Part shown: piece after piece, positions 26,387-40,972 of the stretch | Position numbering within the stretch: position 1 is the stretch's first letter | How the letters are laid out: every line of letters begins with the position of its first letter | Origin: Octopus sinensis | Lineage: Eukaryota | Assembly: GCF_006345805.1 (NCBI RefSeq) | Contig: NC_043012.1 | Span: forward strand, 1,736,001 to 1,800,000 | Direction: 5' to 3' | DNA: 64,000 nt | Position numbers and translations under genes: made by a program | Notes under the pieces: generated by a model | The model's input: the letters and a program-made list of their open reading frames with translations, nothing else | Told to the model about the DNA's origin: nothing | Database searches by the model: none

Positions 26387-26617
26387 CAGGGTGACCCAAA
26401 AGTAGGTTCGCAGTTATTACGTAGGCAAATTAAATTTCTTTTAAAACTTATTACATTTAAATTTCTATCTTACAAACTGAAAAGGGAGCTTGACAAAATT
26501 AACTAAATTAGCATAGAATAATGGTTTCATTATTTTAATAATTAAGATCTTAACTGTCAATATATGAATGCGAAAGAAATAGTTGAATAACTGTAAACCT
26601 ACTTTTGGGCCACCCTG
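26387..26617. mobile_element. Tc1/mariner-type MITE
   Basis: TIRs CAGGGTGACCCAAAAGTAGGTT / AACCTACTTTTGGGCCACCCTG, TA on both sides. Confidence 0.85.
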
Positions 26618-27319
26618 TATATTAAGTTGAAAAAACCCTTATAATAGAAAAAGTCGAAGATTTTTATAAAGTTCATATCTAATTCACGTTACAATATTGA
26701 TATCTTGAAATAAAATTATGAAGAAAATGTTTTTCTAGATGCACAGTCTTGAAAAGTATGGACCATATATTTAGCATTCTATCCCTTCGGTACTGTTAAT
26801 TAACTTTTGTGGTCGACAAGGAATATTTAATTAGTCGCGAGGACTATATTCAGGGCCGAGTAAGATAGAGTAAAATGGCGAGTAAAGAAAGTTCTGGAAA
26901 TTATGTTGGAAGAGATTAGGAAGCATGGAATCAATTGGACGGAGAAATGTATAGCTGTACTGGAAATGGAAAGAAGACATTTTGGAAAGCTAAGAAGAGT
27001 TGGCAAGAAATGAAAATATACAAAAATCTTCAAGAGTTGTATAAATATCTGGTTTTGGGTATAAAGAAAAATGTCGGACCTAAATCTTGAGACTATAGTA
27101 TTGGTATTTGAAACGCAGGAATTGGCGCTGAGAACAAAAGACATCAAATTCAATTTCGTTTCCGTGTTTAATTTGTGGTGAAACTGGTGAAAGAGTAACA
27201 TTTGGTATAAATGACATCGGTAAATTCATTCCGAAATCAGAAAAGATATAATGTTGCAGGAATCGTCCACTGGGGGAACTTTATGGAACGTATAAATTTG
27301 AAAGAATTAAGAAGTGGTT

Positions 27320-28075
27320 TAAGTAGTGGGATGAAGAAAATTGTACGCTGAAAAAATAAATCAAACGGCATTTCAACGTTTTGAAGGAAACAAGCAGTCA
27401 AAGGATGTTAGTTGCCGATAGATTTTTCACAAGTTTGATAGTAAAAGAATTATTAAACTAAAAACTTGGTTTTGTACCTTTATCTAGTATAATAATACTC
27501 TTGTATTTTTCTCCGTCACAACATATGAATGAGAAAGGAAGGAATGATAGATGAATAAAGAAGGAAGGAGTGATGGCAAACTTCGTAGTGGGATGATGGA
27601 AACTGTACGGTGAAAAAGATAAATCAAATAGCGTTTCAACTCCATGAGAGCTTATGTGTGTATGTAAAAGGGAAGTATGTGAATGTTTGTGTGTGTGTTT
27701 GTTTGTGTGTGTGTGCGCGCGCGCGCGCGTGTGTGTATGTGTGTATGTGTGTGCAATGGAAGTGAAATGGTGAACATTCAACACTGAAAAGAAAAATCAA
27801 ACAGCTTTTCAACTCTGTGTATTTGATATTTACTTGCCAGCACCCGTATTTAGTCATGGCCAGCTTTATGTGGCTTCAAGTCGGACAAGAAGGAAGGGAA
27901 ACTTGAATATTCTTTGGAAGAAACCAAGCAGTCAAAGTATGCTAGTTGCGGATAGATTTTTCACAAAAAATTTAGTAATAAAAGAATTATTAAACCAAAA
28001 TCTTGGTTTTGTACCTTATTTATATACAAAATACTACAATTAGCCGTCATTTTTGACGGCACGGGGCCCAGCTAC
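27320..28075 (+). mobile_element. Helitron 3' fragment (PIF1 helicase C-terminus and 3' end)
   Basis: LPAPVFSHGQLYVASSR...FTKNLVIKELL; hairpin GCCGTCA-TTTT-TGACGGC (28043-28060) then CTAC|T; part of this 3' region is duplicated at ~27325-27480. Confidence 0.8.
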
Positions 28076-28141
28076 TATATATGTGTGTGTGTGTATGTAT
28101 ACATACATACATACATGCATACATACATACATTTATATATA

Positions 28142-29382
28142 CATTGGGTTGGCAACAAGTTCCCGCTGTTTTTTTTAAATTTGGGAATTTATTGCGTTTT
28201 TAAATTTTGGAATCTATTTTTTTTCAAGAATTCGATTTTTGAATCATTTTGGAATCTATATTTTTTTTCTGGTTAATTTTAGTTAATTTTTGTTTATTTT
28301 CAGATCATTAAAATGGAATGTCAAGTTAAGAAGAACGAGCATTTTCGATACCTGCTTCTTTTATGCATTTAATGAAGGTTCTAAGGCCGCAAAAGCTGTT
28401 CGCGACATTTGTGCCGTATATGGAGAGGGCGCCATAACTGAAAGAACTATACCAAGTTCAAAAATGGAAATTTTGACCTCAAAGATGCACCTTGTTCTGG
28501 CCGTCCAGTTGATTTCGATGAAGAGCGATTAATCCAAGTTTTGCACGAAAATTCTCGTGAAACAACAAGGGAACTGGCAGAGAAAATGGAATGCTCCTAC
28601 ACTGCTATAGAGAAGCATCCTCACTCGATGGAAAAGGTTCAGAAGTATGTAACATGGATTCCGCATGCTTTAAGTGACAACAACAAAAATCAACGAGCTG
28701 CAATCTCCGCCGGTTTGCTTGTGCGTCACCGCTCAGGCGACGAAAGGTGGTGCCTGTGCATCAACATGAAGCAGGGTAAGGAGCGGCTTAGCCCCGCTAA
28801 AGAAGCGACACCGCGTGTGAAACAAGATCTTCATCCGCGTAAAACGATGTTGTGCGTATGGTGAGACTGGGAAGGGATTATCCATTACGAATTGCTTGAA
28901 CGGAACCAAACGGTCAACGCGGAACTCTATGTTCAACAGATGGAACGACTCAGCACGGCTATTCAAGAGAAAGGACCTATTCGGCAGTATGGAGTTCTTC
29001 TGCTGCACGACAACGTCCACCCTCATATCGCCTATATGACCAAGGAAGCCATTCAAACGCATGGCTGGGAAGTGCTGCCACACCCGCCGTACTCTCCTGA
29101 TTTTGCACCAACGGATTTCCACCTCTTTCGATCTCTTTCAAATGCTATGCGCGGGGTTTCGTTCAATACTGGTGCAGAATTGAGAGCTTTGTTGGATCAA
29201 TTTTTCGAGTTAAAATCGGGTGATTTCTACCAACGAGGTATTGAAAATCTTGTTGAACGTTGGAAAGAAGTTGTAAATAACAAGGGTGACTATATTATTA
29301 ATTAATTAGTTGTTATTTTTTATTAAACCTTTTAAGAAATTTAAATGAGAAAAACGTCATGAACTTAGTTGCCAATCCAATA
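28142..29382 (+). mobile_element. Full-length mariner (D,D34D), transposase pseudogenised
   Basis: Imperfect TIRs CATTGGGTTGGCAACAAGTTC / TATTGGATTGGCAACTAAGTTC flanked by TA; ATG 28313 to TAA 29305; motifs WIPHAL, GD, HDN, YSPDFAPTD with 34 residues between catalytic D2 and D3; two frameshifts, one TGA and an internal deletion. Confidence 0.96.
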
Positions 29383-30225
29383 TATATGCGTATATATATG
29401 TGTATGTATGCACACACACACGCACACATATATATATATATGTTTATATATGTATGTATGTATACATACATACACATACACCCATACATATACATACAAA
29501 CATATATATTTACACACGCGTGCACACATACGCACACATGCACACACATACACACACGCACACACCTTTGAAACTGCAAAATATTTGCAATATTCTTCTC
29601 AAGACCATACATAATACATATAAATTCATTGAACAGATAAAGAAATGGATAATAATTTCTAAAGTAATCCCTTGGGTTATATCACCTTTAAAATGTCACT
29701 GGGAGATAAAGGCGAGATATGATCAATTCAGTCAATCAACTCTAACACTTAACTGAAAATTATTTGATAACATTTAGAAAATTAAACGGTAAATTCAACC
29801 TCGACAAGTTGTGAACTCAGAATATAACCGAAAGCTAACAGATGTATGGCAAGGCCGTTTTATTTTGCACTCAACCCATTCTGTCACATATTACCTTTCT
29901 AATCGGACAAAACAATGATAATCAGCAATCTCAACCCTCAAATTGTCGTACAGATCTTCGTAATCTTTTCTTGACGTTTCGGAATTTTATCCTTCATCGA
30001 AGGAATATAGTTGCTGAATTCTCTTCTGTCGCTCGTCTGCGGCTGAGAAATAGCACTTAGCAATTCTGTTTCTTGATGAAGAGTGACATTCCAAAACGTC
30101 TACATCACTTAACCAATCCCAGTTAAATAACCAACCAATCTATTTATATACACATTAAACCTAGCAGCCATATATATATCTTCTCATCGTCATTTTGATG
30201 GCATGTACTGCCCTCTCACTCACTC

Positions 30226-30284
<59 letters not shown>

Positions 30285-30298
30285 TAATAATAATGATA

Positions 30299-30365
<67 letters not shown>

Positions 30366-31605
30366 CCTTTCTACTATAGGCACAAGGCCTGAAATTTGGG
30401 GGGAGGCGAGAAATCGATTTCATCGACCCCAGTGTTTCACTGGTACTTAATTTATCAATCCTGAAAGGATGAAAGGCAAAGTCAATCTCCGAGGAATTTG
30501 AATTCAGAAAGTAAATACGGATGAAAGGCCACTAAGCATTTTTTCCGGCGTGCTAATGATTCTGTTAGCTCGCCGCCTGATCCTTTCTACTGTAAGATAC
30601 ATGGCCTGAAATTTAGCGGGATGGTGCTTGTCAATTACATTGATCCCAATGTTCAACTGGTACTTATTTTATCAACTCTGAAAAGATGAAAGTCAAAGCT
30701 GACCCCGGCGGAATTTGAACTCAGAACGTGAAGAGGTGGAAGACATGCCGCTAAGCATTTTCTCCGACTCGTTAGTTAACGCTTTTACCAATTCGCTGCC
30801 TTCACAGAATAAATAAACACATTGTATTTTATAGTTATTTGTTTACTACCCACAAGGGGCTAAACACAGAGAGGACAAACAAGGACAGACAAACGGATTA
30901 AGTCGGTTATATCGACCCCAGTGCGCAACTGGTACTTAATTTATCGACCCCGAAAGGATGAAAGGTAAAGTCGACCTCGGCGGAATTTGAACTCAGAACG
31001 TAATGCCAGACGAAATACGGCTACGCATTTCGCCCGGTGTGCTAACGGTTCCTCCAGCTCGCCGCCTAATTGTATTTTATAGTGACAAATGCTTGTGTGA
31101 CGCAAGTGCCATATCTAAATGTTTAAAACTATTAAACTGGCAACAAGCAAGAAAAAATGCAACACCCTTGTTGACTACAGACAGGTTTCAAATGATAATA
31201 TTCTTTGTCGTTGTAAGATGGTGAGCTAGTAAAATCGTTTGCATACTGGACGAAATACTTAGCGGCATTTTACCCGTCTTTGCGCTCTGAGTTCAAATTC
31301 CACCGAGATCGACGTTACATACATACATACATATATACATACATACATACATACATACATACATACATGTATATATATAATATATATATATATATATAGA
31401 TATATATATATATATATCAAACAAGTCCATTTTTAAAGGTGTAGCGTTTGTAATAGTCTGGATAGAATTGACATATCGGTTCCATTCTAGCAAAAACTGC
31501 CCGATGAACGGCAACGGGAAACTCAGAGTAACAGGTTTTGTTGAATTTTCTGCTGCTTTAAATAAAGTATATATATATGTATATATATATATATATAATA
31601 TATAT

Positions 31606-31653
<48 letters not shown>

Positions 31654-31724
31654 TATATTATTGATATTTATATATATAAAGTTAAAATTGTTCAATGCTA
31701 TGTTACTTTATACTTCAGCTTATA

Positions 31725-32115
31725 TCTTATGTTTTGAATAATACCTTTTTATCAGACGAAAATGGAGGAGTTGGTGCCATTTGCTCAGATATGCAGGAGG
31801 AAGTAACGCTCATCCGTTGTTAATTACCAATTTCAGTTTATTATTAAAAATGGCCTCTTTGAGCTTCAAATTGCTTATTCTATGCTCTGTCACTTTGATA
31901 ATAACCATAAAGTCCTGAGTTTGGTATTTCTGCAGGCGCTTTTTGAATGATGTATTTTTCTGCCCATGACCCTTGGTCCAACATTGCCTAGTATGGCAGC
32001 AAAGTGAATTCATGTTGATAGTTTTCCTTGACATGTATATGAACTGAGCTACTGAGCTAATTCTAAACCACTCAGGTATTAGTATGCTGCTATAGCAACA
32101 GGCATACCTAACCAC
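31725..32115 (-). mobile_element. Decayed Penelope-like GIY-YIG C-terminal fragment
   Basis: HRISNLKLKEAIFNNKLKLVIN resembles the Penelope endonuclease end (KEAIxIxKLKPxLN); followed by a decayed hammerhead-like CTGATAA at 31755-31749. Confidence 0.45.
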
Positions 32116-33153
32116 TGATACAGTCTTTGTAGCATATTGTTACATTCCATTCTTGAGCACTGGGGCCGATGTAATCGACTTACCCCTTCTCTTTTGTGCC
32201 ATAATTTGGAACTAATATTCTTTATTCATGCAAATTAATATTACAGTGTAGAAAGGAGAACAATATAGATACTCTTTTACTTGTTTCAGTCATTTGACTG
32301 CGGCCATGCTGGAGCACCGCCTTTAGTCGAGCAAATCGACCCCGGGACTTATTCTTTGTAAGCCCAGTACTTATTCTATCGGTCTCTTTTGCCGAACCGC
32401 TAATCATTGACTTGTAGTTTACTTCTTGGAGAATATTCTCTCTTTGATTCTGTTTCGTTTGCCCGCAAAGTGTACGAAAATCACTTTCTGTATCTATTAG
32501 ACAGCACTGGTTTGTCGGTTGTGGCGTTGACTACATAAGAAGGCAACAGTTCGTGCTGGATTACATGTTACCAGTCGCGGATAAGAGCGAATGTAGTATA
32601 TACAAATACATACGCGCATACATGTCGAATTACAGAATTACATACCAATTCATCCATAATGTGTGTGTGATTTTACAATTTTAAAATAAGAGAACATAAA
32701 TTTTGAAGATGAACCGGTTTCCATGCTTAACATCATTATAATTATTGCTAATATATACTCCAGTCAATATTACTGTACAGTGAAGCGAACACCCAATTAA
32801 CCACCGAAGGAATTTACAGAGTGACTGACAAACTAACTGTAGTCATAGATGTTAAATACTGATCGATGCCGTTAGCCGTAATCTGGAGCATAACTGAGAG
32901 CCACCACAGTATCCGCCTGGATGATATATCTCTCAACTCACATTATATATATATATATATAAGATATATATATATATATTATATATGTAAAAAGTAAAAA
33001 ATATATACAAACTGGGACAAGAACGTGAAACACCTAGAAGACGACACAAGAACCACAGGACGGGACATTCGAAGCCCTCAGTCATCAGTCAAGAACCGGA
33101 TATTCTTCGCAATTTCGGCTGATATATATGTATATATATATGTATGTATATAA

Positions 33154-33275
<122 letters not shown>

Positions 33276-33769
33276 AAAGAGGAGAGAAGAGAGAGAGAGA
33301 GGGGGAGGGAGAGAGGAGTGAATGCATGTATACATATCTGTGTATATGCATTTGAACCTACGTAGTAGATACACAAACATGGTAATTTTAACCAATTGTC
33401 AGTAGACGAAAAAGATATGATGTATAGCTTTAATTGATTTTCGGACCTTATTAAGGTCTCATCAGACGTATCTACGTCACTTAGCCAATCCCAGATAAAT
33501 AAGCAACAATCTATTTATATACACATTAAATCTAGCAGCCATAGAAAACTGGGGCTACTAGTGTGTATACGATAAATGTTTAACACTTACTTCAATATCA
33601 GCGGACTGTCAACGGAGATCTGTGTCTACACAATATCAAGATATAGCTAATAAAATACCCGAGGCCTACGCTGTAGATATACATATATGCACATCGCATA
33701 CACGGCTAAAAAATTATGAACAGCCTTAATCGATTTTCGAACCTTATCGGGCTGCCATAGCTATACATA

Positions 33770-33927
33770 CATGCATACATAATACGTACATACATACATA
33801 CATACATAATACATACATAATACATACATATATATATATATATATATACATATATATAATATTATATATATTATATAATATATATATATATATATTATAT
33901 ATATATGTTATGTATATATGTGTATAT

Positions 33928-33970
<43 letters not shown>

Positions 33971-34221
33971 TATGTATATATATATATATACATACATATT
34001 CACACAAACGCCTACAAGCACATATCATTATGTACATGTTGTGTTGCGTGTACGTGTTGTATATATATATATAATATATATATATATATACACACACATA
34101 TATATGATATATATAATATATATATACACACATATATATATATACATATATTCACACAAACGCCTACAAGCACATATCATTATGTACATGTGTGTGTGCG
34201 TGTACGTGTGTATATATATAT

Positions 34222-34253
<32 letters not shown>

Positions 34254-34257
34254 TATG

Positions 34258-34289
<32 letters not shown>

Positions 34290-34530
34290 TATATACATAT
34301 ATTCACACAAACGCCTACACAGCACATATCATTATGTACATGTGTGTGTGCGTTGTACGTGTGTATATATTATATATATATATAATATATATATACATAT
34401 ATATATATAACACACACATATATATGTATATATATATATATATATACACACATATATATATATACATATATATACACAGACATATATATATATGTGTGTG
34501 CATGTATATATATATACATATGTATATATA
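33770..34530. repeat. (TA)n tract with three ~150-bp higher-order units
   Basis: Core TTCACACAAACGCCTACA(A)GCACATATCATTATGTACATG recurs at ~33998, ~34150 and ~34300. Confidence 0.9.
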
Positions 34531-34708
34531 TGTATTGTACGCGCAAACGCATTTATGTAATGGTTATTCTTTCTTTCTGTATTTTCTAATGATGGTCACG
34601 TGTCTTCTTTCGTGAGAAATCGTGTCATAGGATCAAGTATGTGACTCGATCAATTTTGCTATTTATCTCACCACACGCGCATCCTCACACAGACAGACAC
34701 ACATTTAA

Positions 34709-34751
<43 letters not shown>

Positions 34752-34977
34752 TATATATACATATATATATATATATACACACAAATATATGTATATATAA
34801 TCACATGCCTACACATATATAGCTAAAACTTGTGTATGTATTCTTTCGTAAAAGTGTTTCTGTTATGAGTATTTGTGCGTGAAATCACGCATACATGGAT
34901 ATATGCGTAGATGTATATGTGTAGATGTATGTATGTATGCATATGTGTATGAGTTTATATATGTGTGAGTGTGTGTG

Positions 34978-35010
<33 letters not shown>

Positions 35011-36006
35011 CGCGCGTATTAGCATATACATGAAATATATAATAAAATCGATCGAATTCACAGATTTGAACCTGTGGCACGATTTAACACGAAAGGAACC
35101 TCGTCAGCTTCATTAGACAGAAAAAATAAATAAAAAGAAAAAAAGATAAATCAAGAGAAAGAATAGCAATTAGAGAGAGAAATAGAGTGCAAAAGATATA
35201 AGAGAATAAGAGAGAGGGAGACTGAGAGAATGAAAAGACAGAGAGGGACAGAGAAAGCGATGGAACGAAGAAACTTTGATTGAAACCTAACTAACTATTG
35301 AACATTTTCGATGGTATTTATCTCATCAAATCGGTCAGTTAATGCAAAGCGACAGAAGTTTATCTGAAATATGATATTTAAGCTTCAAAGCACGCTTTGG
35401 GAAATGCTTGGGGGATCTTTTTCACACCAATTTATGTCCATTTATTTACTCAGCTAATTGGAGAGGTTTTCGTTTGAAGTCATCGTTTTCAGCTCGAGTG
35501 AATAATGGCTGCGCAATGGGGATCCGCAGTCGTATGACGGTGGCAGACGATTGATCGTGCAGTTAACTGAATGGGAGAAATATAATAAAAAGAAAATGAA
35601 ACATTTCGTGGAGTTCCATAGAGTAAAACTATAACAAACTCTAAACTCTTAAATGTCTCCGAATATAGAAAGTGAATAAAAAATCTTACTGTAAATATTT
35701 TAACTTTACTCCATATCCGTCTGTGAAAGTTGTTTATTTAGCGAATGGCTGACGAAGGTGGGCGATGAAGTAGCGTGGATGTCTGTCTATCTTTACTTAC
35801 GGTTGGTTATTTAGTATTTGGTAATGTAATTAATTAACGTTACTACTATATTGATTGGAGTTTTCATAACTTGTTTGATATCGATCTAGATAGAAACATA
35901 GATTGATGACTAGATAGACAAATGATTGGATATAAAGACAGAAACATGAGAGGAGAGACAGCTATATAGAGAAATACATACATAGATACATATATGGTAT
36001 GTGCGT

Positions 36007-36064
<58 letters not shown>

Positions 36065-36235
36065 TCTGTATGTAGATAGATAAATAGACAGATAGGTAAA
36101 TAGAAAGCTAGCTAGATAGATAGACAGACTGACAGAGACGGACAGAAATACAGGCAGACAGACAGATAGTTAGACAGACTGACAGATAGATAGATAGACA
36201 GAGAGACAGATAGATAGATAAATAGATAGATAGAT

Positions 36236-36269
<34 letters not shown>

Positions 36270-36549
36270 GTAGATAGATAGATAGATAGATAGATTTGTA
36301 GATAGGTAGGCGGACAAAGATGGCGAGTTAATGTGACGAGATCGAGACGATGTGATTGGTTGATGTTGATTGGAGAGACAAGCATATGTGTTTAACGTGT
36401 GTTTAATGGGTTGGCTTTTTAGATTGACTGACCCAGGTAAATGTCAACTAGATTAGACACGGTCGATCGACAGGTTAGATAGACTGAACGGCTGACTGGC
36501 TACATACATGCATGTACATGCGTATATGGATGATATATATATATGTATA

Positions 36550-36605
<56 letters not shown>

Positions 36606-37417
36606 TATATACACTTAGATCTATATACATACATATACATATATACACATAGCTTAATACTTATACTACAAATCTTCCCTGTGCAGATCAGCACCAGTCT
36701 GTTAGATGTCTATTTGATCGTGTATGTGTGTGTGTATACACGTACATGCATTGATGCATATTCATATATAGACACTCTCACACAAACACATACACACACA
36801 CATATACGCATGCATGTATATATATGTGAGTGTGTTTAGATGTATCTAAGCATAGAAATTGATGGGTGATTGACAGACAGACAGGCCGATAGATAGTTAG
36901 CTAGACAGATAGATAGATATATAGATAGATAGACAGGCAGATAGATAGACAGATAGGTAGATAGATAGATAGATACACTGATAGATAGAGATATACATAC
37001 ATATGCATGGCTAGATATCCAACTATATGCATGAGAATACATACATAAAACAAAACATAGCAATCTGCAAGTATACATATATACATGCATACAAAATACC
37101 CTGTTGATGTACAAATTCCAATGAAGGAGCCTTGGATCTAGGTTAGAAACCGGCTCTTTCTCCATTGGTAAGAAATCTTGAAATAAAACTGAACAATGAC
37201 ATACACACATACATACTGGAAATTTATCATTTAAATATATATGAGCATGTCTAGATATGCAACTATATGCTTGAGAATACACACACAAATCATACAAATT
37301 TGCACATACATACATACATACATACATACATAATACATAATACATACATACATACATACATACATGTATACATACAAACATATATACATACATATATACA
37401 TACATACAAACATACAT

Positions 37418-37517
37418 NNNNNNNNNNNNNNNNNNNNNNNNNNNNNNNNNNNNNNNNNNNNNNNNNNNNNNNNNNNNNNNNNNNNNNNNNNNNNNNNNNN
37501 NNNNNNNNNNNNNNNNN
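37418..37517. other. Assembly gap (100 N)
   Basis: Run of exactly 100 n next to a (TACA)n tract; true length unknown. Confidence 0.99.
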
Positions 37518-37646
37518 TCGTTCAGAATTGGCCCAGATCATGACTAACTTAAAGCACCACCTGTAAAAGACAGTTAAGGATGTTTCATACTGCAGTCACT
37601 CTTTGGACACCACAGCCCATTCAAGTAAACAGTTATTGCTTGTAGG

Positions 37647-38025
37647 GAGGCGCAATGGCCCAGTGGTTAGGGCAGCGGACTCGCGGTCATAGGATCGCGG
37701 TTTCGATTCCCAGACCGGGCGTTGTTAGTGTTTATTGAGCGAAAACACCTAAAAGCTCCACGAGGCTCCGGCAGGGGATGGTGGTGATCCCTGCTGTACT
37801 CTTTCACCACAACTTTCTCTCACTCTTACTTCCTGTTTCTGTTGTACCTGTATTTCAGAGGGCCGGCCTTGTCACTCTCTGTGTCACGCTGAATATCCCC
37901 GAGAACTACGTTAAGGGTACACGTGTCTGTGGAGTGCTCAGCCATTTACACATTAATTTCACGAGCAGGCTGTTCCGTTGATTCAGATCAACCGGAACCC
38001 TCGTCGTCGTAACCGACGGAGTGTT
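37647..38025 (+). mobile_element. tRNA-derived SINE family C, representative copy
   Basis: GGAGGCGCAATGGCCCAGTGG A box, GGTTTCGATTCC B box; related copies or domains at ~25.8, 41.6, 45.6-46.1 and 59.2 kb. Confidence 0.85.
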
Positions 38026-38097
38026 TCTATCCATCCATATATATATGTATGTATGTATCTATGTATGTATGTATGTATGTATGTGTACATACATATA

Positions 38098-38139
<42 letters not shown>

Positions 38140-38281
38140 TTGAGGGAATATTATTCCTAACTTACAGGGAAAAATTCAATTTAGAAATACTAAATCAAAT
38201 TTCACAAAATATAATATACATATAAAAATTAGAAAAAACCCACCTTTTATCAATTCAAAATGAACATATATATGTGTGTTG

Positions 38282-38320
<39 letters not shown>

Positions 38321-39009
38321 ATGTATGTATGTATGTATGTATATCGTTTTTTCTATTCTATTGAAGTTTTACTCTTCTTCCAGGACATTCACCTAGAATA
38401 TTTGATAAAGGAAATAAAACTTGTTATTTATTTAGGCGAAATGAAAATGTAAAAATGTGTTTTTTCTATAAATTCAATCTTTTGAAATTTTATTGGATGT
38501 TTAAACCCAGCAAAGTTAATCCGGCGTCGAATCGTCTGATTTTTTTTTTTTTTTTTTTTTTTCATATGTTAGGCCGTTACTCATAGCGGGAAGCCAGTAC
38601 CCATGATTTTTCAAAGATATTACCAAATAGGTAATGTCATTGTTGTTGTCTTTCGCTTTGAACGTACGTACTTACGTAAATTCAAGTCTGCCAAGAAAAG
38701 TTTGGGCCGAGGAAAATAATGCCAAGGGGTCGCTGTTCTAGGGAGAAATATTGAGTAGGTAATGTAGGGGCAGGGTCTACAGAAGGAGGCGTGGTAAGGT
38801 TGCATAATAAGAAATGACGAGTGAGACTTGGTGGAGAAGTTATAAAGCTCGATAGTTGAGAGGATTAGAGGCTGTTGTAGTTGTGACAGAATATTTTGCA
38901 GGAGGAGCTGTAACAGAAGCTGTAACAGAAGCTGTAACAGAAGCTGTAACACGCGGTAAGTGAATTATCAGCAATCAGTTTAATGGTCTTTTTGGATGTA
39001 GCCAAGGAT

Positions 39010-39320
39010 GTTTGTCTTTGTAGTAGTAGTAGTAGTTAGTAGTAGTAGTAGTAGTAGTAGGGGGGTAGTAGTGGTGGTAGTGGTGGAGGTGATTGTGGTG
39101 GTGGTGGTGGTTTTGGTGGTGGTTTTGGTGGTGGTGGTAGTAGTAGTAGTGGCGATGGTGGTGGTGGTGGTGGTAGTAGTAGAGGTGTGGAGGTTGTTTT
39201 GATGGTAGTAGTGGTGGTTTTGGTTGTGGTAGTAGTAGTAGTAGTAGTAGTAGTAGCAGCAGCAGCAGTAGTAGTAGTAGTAGTAGTAGTAGCAGCAGCA
39301 GCAATAACAGCAGCACTATC
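39010..39320. repeat. (GTA)/(GTG)/(GCA) trinucleotide array
   Basis: Direct reading. Confidence 0.95.
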
Positions 39321-40582
39321 CAATAGATGTGAATAAGTATACAGGCAGGACCACCATGGGGCTTTATTTGAAGCTGTAACGTGTGTAGAAAGGAAGAGCT
39401 AGAAATTTGATTCTTTACTTCATGTGGCAGTTAATTCTTCATTTGCTTTTAAAAGTGTCTCATTGCTGTTGAAAAATTGTTTTTTGCAGGTCTTTGTTGA
39501 TGGAGTCAAGGAAGGCTTAAGGAGAATTTAAGCTGCGTATGGATGACACCCGAGCGTGGAAGGTTAAGGAAAGAGAGAAAGGTAAGATTATCTCTATAAC
39601 ATTGTTTGTTGTTTATAGCGACTGCGAATACTAATGAAATGGTTGATGGACAAACATTGCATAACTACGATACGCAGGCCATCACAAAGTTGTGTAACAG
39701 GTAACGTTGTTCACGAGATATAAGAAACATGATGAAACTCGTGGACAAGAAACTTAGTGAGAAAATGTATTTCTTTACTACCCACAAAGGGCTAAACATA
39801 GAGGGGGCAAACAAGAACAGACAAAAGGAATTAAGTCGATTACATCGACCCCAGTGGGAAACTGGTACTTTATTTATCAACCCCGAAAGGATGAACGGCA
39901 AAGTCGACCTCGGCGGAAAATGCTCTTATTAGACATGTCCAAAAACTTCAGCTGATGACAAGTGTCATGATATTGAAATAATTTAGATTCTCAAGAAAGA
40001 GCGCGCGCGTACATTTGTAACAACGGAGATTAAATCACAGGTAAGCCAGTGTCTTCCGCATTGGGATACTGCATGTTGAAAGGGGTGGGGATTACACACG
40101 AGAAAAGCAGGTTGAAGCTTGTCTCCATCACTTTTGTCATATTGACCACTGAAGATAATAGGTCGCTAGTTTTTGGGGGGTTTTTTTAAGGTCACAGAAG
40201 TTACCCTTCTTAGCAATGAGATGCATTGGAGCAAGTGCCCTTGAGGTAGATCCCCGTACATATATACTGTATATATTTCTAGCTGGCAATTCGGATTCGT
40301 TTCAGGAGTGAGGTGGGGTATACAACACTGATGAACAGAAAGGAAAAAAACTACGAAATGTCGATCTATGCCGTTCTAGTTCGCTTCCGAAGCATTTTTG
40401 TTCCACCTGTCTTTGAATTATACTGTGCTTTTAATACGATACGTCTTTAAAAAGATATTCCTTAGGCAAAATACCGCAGTTACAAGCGTTTAACAACACA
40501 CATACGTTAAATATGTGATTCTGATAACGATTGTATTATGAGCCGCTTCTAACACAAATTCTGATATATATAGATATATATA

Positions 40583-40622
<40 letters not shown>

Positions 40623-40734
40623 ATATACATATATATATATACACACACACACACACATATTATATATGGTAGTATATACACACACATACACATATATATA
40701 CACACATACATATATATATAATATATATATACAC

Positions 40735-40770
<36 letters not shown>

Positions 40771-40939
40771 GGCGCAGGAGTGGTTGTGTGGTAAGTAGCT
40801 TGCTTACCAACCACATGGTTCCGGGTTCAGTCCCACTGCGTAGCACCTTGAGCAAGTGTCTTCTGCTATAGCCTCGGGCTGACCAAAGCCTAGACAATGG
40901 ATTTGGTAGACGGAAACTGAAAGAAGCCCGTCGTATGTG

Positions 40940-40972
<33 letters not shown>

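Noticed and set aside
33744-34826. Many YI/HT/MYVC-rich ORFs here and at 14, 20, 24, 29, 37, 40, 43 and 62-63 kb
   Set aside because: Translations of (TA)n, (CA)n and (TATG)n microsatellites; no coding signal.
37647-37720. tRNA genes at SINE heads (also 41607, 45826, 49900)
   Set aside because: No complete cloverleaf; each continues into a SINE body.
38975-39323. Poly-L/T/P/H/V ORFs
   Set aside because: Trinucleotide repeat translations in all frames.
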